64,000 nucleotides of DNA, taken from positions 3,958,335-4,022,334 of the forward strand of contig NW_002060947.1 in NCBI RefSeq assembly GCF_000150275.1. Reading direction: 5' to 3'. Numbering within the stretch: the first letter of the stretch is position 1; the number at the start of each line of letters is the position of its first letter. A program made the position numbers and the translations under genes. Source of the DNA: Trichoplax adhaerens (lineage: Eukaryota; Animalia; Placozoa). Of the stretch, positions 55,401-64,000 are shown in pieces. The notes below the pieces were generated by a model. That model was given only the letters and a program-made list of their open reading frames with translations. It had not been told where the DNA came from and made no database searches.

Positions 55401-58400
55401 GAATTGGAATAATATATACTGCTAAGAATTAAAATTACCTTGAATAATAAGAAGAAGGCATTGGAAATAACGCCATTGCTTAATTCACCAACCGTGATCT
55501 AGTGCATGATGAAGAATATTGTTATGACATGCACTTCCTATGCTACAATAATGATAAACGACTGCGTACCTCCATTCCAAGAAGGGAATCAATTTGTTGC
55601 TCGAGTGCAGGCAAAGTTTTACTTAACTGTAAAGTATCAAGTCCCAATAACTAATTAGTAAATTTTGTAAATTTTTTATATGATAATGTGTATCTACTGA
55701 TACTACTGATAATTTTAATGATTATTATTGTCTAAGGAAAAGTATAAAGAGAAGCTAATAATCAAAATAAGGCATATTTAATTACTTTAATCATTATAGT
55801 TACCTTAGCGAATTCTTGCTTTCTCAGAATACCATCTTTCCTGGATAATTTAAAAAAAACAATACAATTTTATTTCAAAGGATTTAACTTGGTAATAACA
55901 GGGTTAAATTTATTACATTTAGATGGTAATACAACCCTTTCTACATACCCTCGTTCAACTCTACAAAAATCATAAGCCATCATACGGTATGAGTATGATT
56001 TTGCATTGAGGTATTTGGCATATCTTCTAGCAAACAGTGACATATCGTATCCTAAACAATAGTAAAGCGGTAAATTAATGGACTCATCTCCTAATATTGA
56101 CAATATCAATCCAAATAGTTTACTAACCTTGATTTCCACTTCTATCTAAGAAAGTTTCCAGGTTGAAGCTAGCAGTTCTAGAAGCTACGTGTTGGACATA
56201 ACGCTGAAAACACGATATATGTACATTGTTGAACAAATGTCATCATTGCATCGACGAGTAGGAGTTTTATGTGCTAATTTTAATTTTTAGTTCACTTAGA
56301 TTGTACTGTTATAATACTACGCAGATAAATGTATTCACTTGTATGCTATTTTTGATAAATTTATCCTAACGACATTTATAGAAAAATGTTCCAACAGGAA
56401 TCGCTCGCCTCTTTTTAGCCATATAAGTGTATGTCAAAGTATCAACTTAGAACGGACGATAAAAAGTCAATGCATACATGCCACAAAATTGCTTTCAAAA
56501 TGGGTGTGATTCAAAAGTGTACAATATTGATGATCGAAATTGATATATCAAGTATCTTGTCATTAATAATAACGTAATACATATAGCTGTTGCGCTTCTA
56601 CTCATCCAGTAGAGAAATAGAAATGATACTCATTTATTGGCAATTAATTCAAGTAGTAGTCGATATTCGTATTTCTATCGATTAAAGTTTTATAAGGCAG
56701 AATAGATAACAACTATTGCCTTTCTAATGAAAAGACTTCATTATCCCTATTGAAAATAGTCTAGTCATACTATCTATTACAGTATACTAGTAGTCCTTGG
56801 TTATCCCATGTAGTGAATTATTTTTACAAGAAATTAAACTTTTCATCCAATGATCAGATCATCCATGGTCATACAGTACATGCAATAGTCATTCTTGATT
56901 ACACTGATACACTATACTTGGGTAAATATTACTTATTCAATAGAGGATACAGCAGCTAAATATGGCAAAGATGGATAATTCATAATACAGTATAATTCTA
57001 GGGCGAGAGAAGTGGCTTGATAGCCTGTATTAAGAATCGAAGCAAGTTCATTTCTCCTATTCTAGTCTATTATCAATATAGAGTTTTTTCATTTTTTTGT
57101 ACTGAAACATTATTTTTACAATCGCCTATTCCTATGGGAAACTTGCATTGAAGATTAACTACGTGTGTTATAAATAATGGATAAAGTGTAATTTCGCTTG
57201 CTATTTTACACTTTCTTTTAAACAGTTAGTACTCTACAACACGTTCAAATGGCATTTGAATCAATTGGTGCAAATATCACCGTAGTAAGATTACAATAGT
57301 TGACAGCTGTATGACTGATCAATGATTTTGGAAAGTACATTCAAAAAATGTACTTCATAGTTTCAAATCAAAGTGTGATCAAGCGGAAAATTTTACCTTT
57401 CAATGTGAAGTAACTTGGAATTGTGAACGCGGAAATGAGGCACTTTCTTATAATTGCCAACTATATCATTCATTCGATTTTGTGCGATTATTTTACGTTG
57501 AACGCAATAAAGGAGGAATAAAGTACATTTAGTTGACATGGATAGCAACTGTAGTTGAGCTACAATACTTGATTACAAAATATGGTTGAAGATTCTGTAC
57601 TGAAATTTTACTTTCTACTCTGCAGTCTGTGTATTACTTGACGCAAGGTTGGTGGTATCTTAACCTGGAGAGTTGATTTAGACTGAAATTTGACGAAAAT
57701 GATTGATTGTTGCAAATATCTATTGATATAGTTGGTTTTAGTGGTTCAAGCTTGTTGGAACATAATGAAGTTGCTATGACTAATAGGAGAACGTGATGAA
57801 GCAATACAAGTTAACGTGTTGAAAAAGAGTAAAATTGGTTGTGCTCTATTATTGATGATCCAATGGGGATCATGACCATCACGACAACATGGGTATTTGC
57901 TCTATTTAGGCGAGGTAGAAGAAGAATACTACCATGGCTTGATATCGTTGTCTGAATAGCGGGGATAACGACTAATGGAACAAAGTTGCTCGTCCTCTAC
58001 TTTACCCCAAGGTTGATTATAAATGGATTGAATGGAAATATTGTTATTGTAACATTGTAGTTACGTATATTTCTTCAATCAACTGGGTCAGTTAGAAAGG
58101 AGTAGTGAAAGACTGAACAACAACAACAAATGCCTTTGTAGATCGTAGTTATAAGTGGAAAAAAAACACATAGTGTATACTAGTTGGATGGAGTAACTCA
58201 ACATAAACTAATCATCAAGCATTGATTTGAATTGATGAAGGTACAAATTAGACTCAAATTTACCTCATTGCCATAGCATAAGAGTTGATGATGAGTGACT
58301 AATGTCTTGCAAACTACCACCCAACTGGTATTATTAGTACGCTCGTATAAGGTATCCACCATGACAGAAATATCCACATTTTGTCCATGGGTACACTGGA

Positions 58401-59441
58401 TCAAATCTAGAAGGTAGTTGAAAATAGGAAAAAAGAGAATCATTATTTAACGCTATCTTGCCTCAAGCAAAAGACAGATTGGTGTCAATGGAAAAAAAGA
58501 AGAAGAAACAAGTAGGATAGTCTATCGTTATCCAACTGGAAATTGTATCATTCTTGATCGATATCAACTTGAATCCTCCATTGGACCCTATCGATCAGGA
58601 CTGTTGGTTGGATGATCGAGTATTGGAGCATGTTATGATGACTACTGGTGAAGGAATTTTCCTGTTAGTGAGAAATTTGGGTCTTTCTGGTTTGTACTGA
58701 GTTTGAGAAAGGTCGATGAAAGTATGAAAAGAAAGGAAGGAGGGAAGGGGGGGGGAAAAAAAAAAAAAAGACATGACAAGCAAGTGGAATGCAGACAGTC
58801 TTGTTCTTGGACTATCTTACTGTCTCTTCTATATACTTATTGGTGGTACGAAAAGTGTCTACAGTAGTACTATGTGTGAACGATGGATGATCAACAAGCT
58901 CTTGACAACGAACGATTGCATGTTTTGTACAGTACTCATCCAAGGTTGGAAAAAATGGCAAGTGAATGGATTGAATAACGGATCGATTGTACAATTCATC
59001 ATTGTCCATGATGAGGATGGAAAGTGGTCGAGTCGATCAAGATTAGCGTGGAGAGATAGTAAAAGATCCTTTTGGTTGGACTTGTCCTGTATGTAAAAGA
59101 GCAATGGCGACGACGATTTTGCATCTTTTGTATGCAAAGTGGGAAAAAAAAAAAAAGAAAGAAAAAAAAAGGAAATGGATGGGAGAAGCTTAGGATAAGC
59201 ACTACCCATCATCCTCGCTGATGATGACAGCAAGTAACGACAGTGGAGATGAATAGTAGTAGTAATAACAGTAGTAGAATAAAATAGAGCAAAGGACATG
59301 GTGGATCCTGTTCGACATACAATCGACATGTTTCTTCTTGGGTGAGATGATATCATGGTTGGTCGCTTTGCATACAGCTTTGGAGATGAAATCGCCAGTT
59401 AAAACATGGCGGGCAGCAGTCACTCGATCGACAACGGACAT
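52412..59441 (-). CDS. PICALM: Phosphatidylinositol-binding clathrin assembly protein (PICALM/AP180 family, ANTH domain), multi-exon
   Basis: ANTH segments: [46 protein letters not shown]...[21 protein letters not shown]; [18 protein letters not shown]; [25 protein letters not shown]; [20 protein letters not shown]. The tail has DPF/DLF motifs, [13 protein letters not shown] and NPF, and ends DPFGL* (stop 52412-52414). Confidence 0.95.
54221..54346 (-). repeat. Coding 42-bp tandem repeat, 3 copies (QPTVxxPQxD[PL]FQx), in the PICALM tail
   Basis: Translates as [14 protein letters not shown] / [14 protein letters not shown] / [14 protein letters not shown]. Confidence 0.85.
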
Positions 59442-59579
59442 AATTGGTATCCAATCTATTTAGCCAATAGAACAAGTATTCAATGAATGCAGTGGCAACC
59501 TAAGATTGAAATCAATCTAATTCATCGAATCGTCTTCAACTAACTAGCGATCAAAAGCTTGCAAGAAATGAGAAAGGAG

Positions 59580-59830
59580 CGCAATAAAAAGGTGGAGCAG
59601 CGATTTGACGTCAAGCGTGCAGTCACATTCAACCACCGTGGTGACACACTACTGCGGACTGTAGCGTTGTGTAGGACGTGCACTGGCGTCCACAGTGCAT
59701 GAGTGCGGAAGCGAGTGTCAAGTATGGTAGACTGTAGACTGTAGACTGTAGAGGACAGGAGAAGTCGGCGACGCCGGCGGCGCTTGACAAGCGTGATGAC
59801 GCGATAACGCTCGCTTGACTAGACACGATC
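59580..59830 (-). promoter_or_regulatory. CpG-rich PICALM promoter with a full CRE (TGACGTCA)
   Basis: TTGACGTCAA at 59605-59614, about 165 bp upstream of the ATG, with local CpG enrichment. Confidence 0.55.
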
Positions 59831-60036
59831 GTATACCATCGTCGCGACTGTATGCAACAGTATGCATTTCAACAATCGACGATAGGATTGTATGGAGCAT
59901 GGTTGACCACCATGTCTACTTGTCTAGGGTAGTCTGTCGTCCACAGTCTATAGTACTGTACAACACAGTACTGTAGACTGTGGACTGCAGGCAGGACTCT
60001 ACTGTACGCTGTTCTGGAGATTGTTTAGGCATTTCG

Positions 60037-60540
60037 TTAATGAAGGCCTTGAAGGTAGCACCACCGTTAACACTAAAGGCTACTGTAGACTGTTTAGGCC
60101 TTGAAGGTAGCTTTAATTCCATATTAAACATCGAATAACCTCTAAACCCTATCGTTGTTTCTAATTACACATCAATGTTGCATCGAGAAGTTAAATTGAA
60201 TCCCCCAAAAAAGACAGTGATGGTCACGCTACGTTCCCATAGTAAAGCACTTCAAAGGTTAATGAAGGCCTTGAAGGTAGTACCACCGTCAACACCAAAG
60301 GCGAATACTGTAGACTGTTTAGGCCTTGAAGGTAGCTTTAATTCCATATTAAACATCGAATAACCTCTAAACCCTATCGTTGTTTCTAATTACACATCAA
60401 TGTTGCATCGAGAAGTTAAATTGAATCCCCCAAAAAAGACAGTGATGGTCACGCTACGTTCCCATAGTAAAGCACTTCAAAGGTTAATGAAGGCCTTGAA
60501 GGTAGCACCACCGTCAACACCAAAGGCGAATACTGTAGAC
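60037..60540. repeat. Near-identical tandem repeat, 222-225-bp unit, about 2.25 copies
   Basis: TTAATGAAGGCCTTGAAGGTAG starts at 60037, 60259 and 60484, and the unit bodies are almost identical. Confidence 0.93.
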
Positions 60541-60783
60541 AGACACTAGCGATATCCTCATTAGTAAAAAAATGGAGGACACATTTCTGTGGCATGGCGG
60601 CGCTCGCCATGCAACAGAATGGACATCGACCAGGAAAATGCTTCAATGAATATTGTAGCATGGGTTGCCTTGTTAAGGCCAAAAGAAAAAATTTTCAGTC
60701 ACCTAATGAAGTCATCATTTCAAACCCAACAATGACCTGGTTCGCTTTGCTTACACTTGTCATTTTGGCTTTCTAGTGGATAT

Positions 60784-60972
60784 AAGGAATGCATTGGCAG
60801 TTTCAATCCAAAAGTAGGTCATGGACAGCTTGAAGGAATAGGCATTAATGGACAGTACAACTTCCATACATGTATTACATAAGGAATGCAGTGGCAGTTT
60901 CCACCCAAAAGTAGGTCATGGACAGCTTGAAGGAATAGGCATTGATGTACAGTACAACTCCCATACATGTAT
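60784..60972. repeat. Tandem duplication, about 97-bp unit, 2 copies
   Basis: AAGGAATGCA.TGGCAGTTTC.A.CCAAAAGTAGGTCATGGACAGCTTGAAGGAATAGGCATT...CATACATGTATT occurs at 60784 and 60881. Confidence 0.9.
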
Positions 60973-63900
60973 TTCACTCCCCCTTTCCCCTCCAAAAGAA
61001 AATTGCCGCTTGCTTGAACTGAACTTAATCTCAACTTAGAGAGAGCGCTTGAATGGAGAATTAACTTGCCTTGACTAGTACTACTGGTTGCTATACAGTT
61101 AGAGTGTTGTGACGATACTCTACTGTTAAAGTACAGTGATAGTCCAGCGCTCCCCTTTTTCATCGCTGTACGTTCTTGTAGAAACGTTTTTCCGCATATT
61201 CTACAGCACCAATCAATACGACTACATCATTTCATACTTATTGGTAAGCTTTATTCATACAAAATGGACCAGTATATCAATACCGATGGCTTGTAACTCT
61301 AGCATCAAAAAATAGGATGCAATGGCATCTTAACTGACGGCCCCAAAATACCGGTCGATAGTATTTGAGCTTGATTTCTTGCCTCTATGAGTGGGACGAA
61401 TTGAATGCATACTAACGATAATAATATAGTCATCAAGAGATGATCTGTCGTTACTTCAAGCTTAGCCATTGACGGATATCATCATTAATTTCTATGACTA
61501 ACCAGCATCCGATCCTAAATTTCAAGCTGTAAAGTAATGTTTGTGAGTTGTTCGAGATCAGCAAGCTGGTGTTGGATCGTGCTTCTAAGTTAGATAGTCA
61601 TTTCATTATTCATCACTGCCCGCCTACTGTGATCAACGACGCATATAAATTAAATTAAATTAAAATTGGATTTGATTTATATCCCCCTCCACGGTATTAT
61701 AATTATTGCATGGACATGATAGTAATTGGGCTCTAATACCAGACATTGTTGACATAAAGTAACCGGATGGATAGTTAACGTAAGCACTTTAGTATTTAAT
61801 ACTTGTGTACCTATATAGATATACTCAGCCAGAATAGCTTCCATATCACCAATTAGATGCAATTATACGTAGGCATTAGTGGCGACTTTGACAACGAACT
61901 GCCATAAGATGTCGTGGCACCATGGGCAAAATTCATGTTTATTTTTTAAAATCAAAATGAATGAAACCGACACAGTTTTAAATATACCCTTCAATAGAAA
62001 ATTTGCTATGCCTATGGTGAATTTGGCCTAAAAATTATTTTATTATCAGATTTTCTGAATCACATTGATTTAAATTTGTCTTTTTCCTTTTGGGGGTTTA
62101 TGAGAGATCTCTGGTTGAATTCTAATCAAGAAACCAATATACAATTCTCCTTTTATAGCTTTTACCCTTAATTAGTATAATTAGTATAATAACCAACCGA
62201 ACAATACTACATTCAATACTCCACGCTGAACATATCAATCAAAATTATCACTAATGAATACATTAAAGCATAACTCATTTTGTACAATATGTTCTTAGTA
62301 TCGCCTTGATATTGTTATCATCGCATCTTTTCCTTACGTAAACGAGGAAAATGATATTTATGGGGGTAAGAGTCTAGACTCTTTTCCTTCAAAGGGTTTC
62401 AGTAAACATGTCAATTTTTAAAACTAGACATATACACTAGTAATAGTTCATTAATGGATACTAGTAATGATTTGATGCAGTACTGTACAGTGTACATACT
62501 AATACTAATACTAATATAATTCAATTTTGGATTACTCTTTTTATTATCCAGCATAATGTTAGCCACTTCTCTAAAAGTCCTTCATAATGTGTAGGCTTGC
62601 TTGCCTATCCATTACCAATACTGTAACTTATATAGCGGTATCTACTATTAAACCATTTTTCTATCCGAGTAAAGCAATTTACCTTTGCTTCCAGTTGCTG
62701 CACCATGACTCATGACAGTATAATTCTACCGGTAATGCAACCACAATGATTCCTCAAGATAATTAATTCCTTTATTTTAACATTACAATACTCTACTGTA
62801 TAGGTTATTATGCTGCTATTATAACGTGTTTTACTGATATTATATCCGCTTATGAACGCATTGTTATTGACTTTTTTATCTATATTTTGCCACCTAAAAT
62901 TTGCCTTACCGCCATTACTTTGCATATATTACACTATGATGTGCAGGATGCAAATTTTACATCATTAACTGTACAGTATAATAATAATAGCATACGTGCA
63001 TATAGAGAGATATGCGACTCTAAAAAGAAAGGTCTCTAATGTATATAACATATATAAACAATACGAAGAAAACCACCTGCATATCATTAATTATACCTTA
63101 ATTTATTCATGATAATTTAGCTCGACTATCGGTCCTCGTCTTTAAAATAACCGGAGATTATGGATTACCGCAAGACCTACATACAGTATTGTGTGTACTA
63201 TACGCTATACAGTATACTCATACATATTTTTTCTATCTTTATCTCTGTGCATTATAGACCTTGGGATCACAGGTATTACTCAACGCCATCCATTTTACAG
63301 TACATACTGATGCATACGCGAAGACAAACGAAAACTTCATCAATTAATTTCACTGTCAACATAAATCTCGTTGCAGTATACAAAGAGTTCATCATAACTT
63401 TAACGAGGTTACGGGTTATTATATTTTAATATTTGTTGCTGTCATGAGAGTTAGTATACTATAGTAAGCCTGCATAATAAAGAGGTTTACTTTCACATGC
63501 ATTGCGCTTTATACCTTAAATCAACTTCTGATATCTAGATTGAAGCAAAATCGTAATCTACGGTACTTGGCAAACTTGTAAAGCACTATCAATAGTATAG
63601 TGTTAATACTTTATAAGAAATTGTCAACATACTACTATAAGCAACTAAGGTTGCCGCGCAAGCTGAACATAATAAATTGGATAGTCTACACCTTAGAGTG
63701 GATCACATCATAAAATAGATTGGATGATCAATTTGCAAACAGAGTGGACTTAATGATGTACTACATAGAAGTAACGGATCCATCTAGGTATTCGTATGCA
63801 CGTATTGTACTGTACAGTTCTGTTTGCAGAGCATTATACCTTAGTCCTACTACAGTATATCCACAAGCACTATAGAACAAGCGATGACGTCAGATTTTGA

Positions 63901-64000
63901 TTACACATAACTACTCCCATAACATGAAGTTACTACTGCATGTCTGTATCGATAAACAGCTAATTCAATCCAAAGGGTAGTGCAATTACTCGTACTATAG

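Noticed and set aside
58773-59356. 165-aa, 107-aa and other ORFs near 59 kb
   Set aside because: They lie in PICALM intron 1, run through homopolymer and simple-repeat tracts, and show no recognisable homology.
61170-62760. Isolated exon-like segments (+ about 61181-61242; - about 61517-61584 and about 62683-62750)
   Set aside because: They could not be linked into an ORF with recognisable similarity, and such splice-like signals are common in AT-rich DNA.

Overview
This is AT-rich eukaryotic (animal) genomic DNA with compact, intron-dense genes and mostly short GT-AG introns. The architecture and protein sequences suggest an early-branching metazoan, most likely a placozoan such as Trichoplax (inference). 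I reconstructed six genes by hand. (1) UBE3A/E6AP-like AZUL+HECT E3 ligase (+, 15497-24217). (2) PPP1R21/FERRY Fy-2 coiled-coil protein (-, 24798-34364). (3) Intronless class III POU transcription factor (+, 39394-40494). (4) RPS4 (+, 43467-46004). (5) CCT8 (+, 47976-51928). (6) PICALM/AP180 ANTH adaptor (-, 52412-59441). Positions 1 to about 13,800 and about 60,500-64,000 contain no gene I can support. The most notable observations are: an array of 11 paralogous, frame-preserving phase-2 exons that inserts 336 aa of segmented coiled coil into PPP1R21; (GTAC[A/T])n arrays upstream of essentially every gene; a near-perfect Ig-type heptamer-octamer POU site upstream of the POU gene; a 25-bp-stem hairpin near 14 kb; recurrent promoter-proximal tandem duplications; and two probable GC-AG introns. 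Homologue comparisons are from memory of the human proteins; no searches were run.
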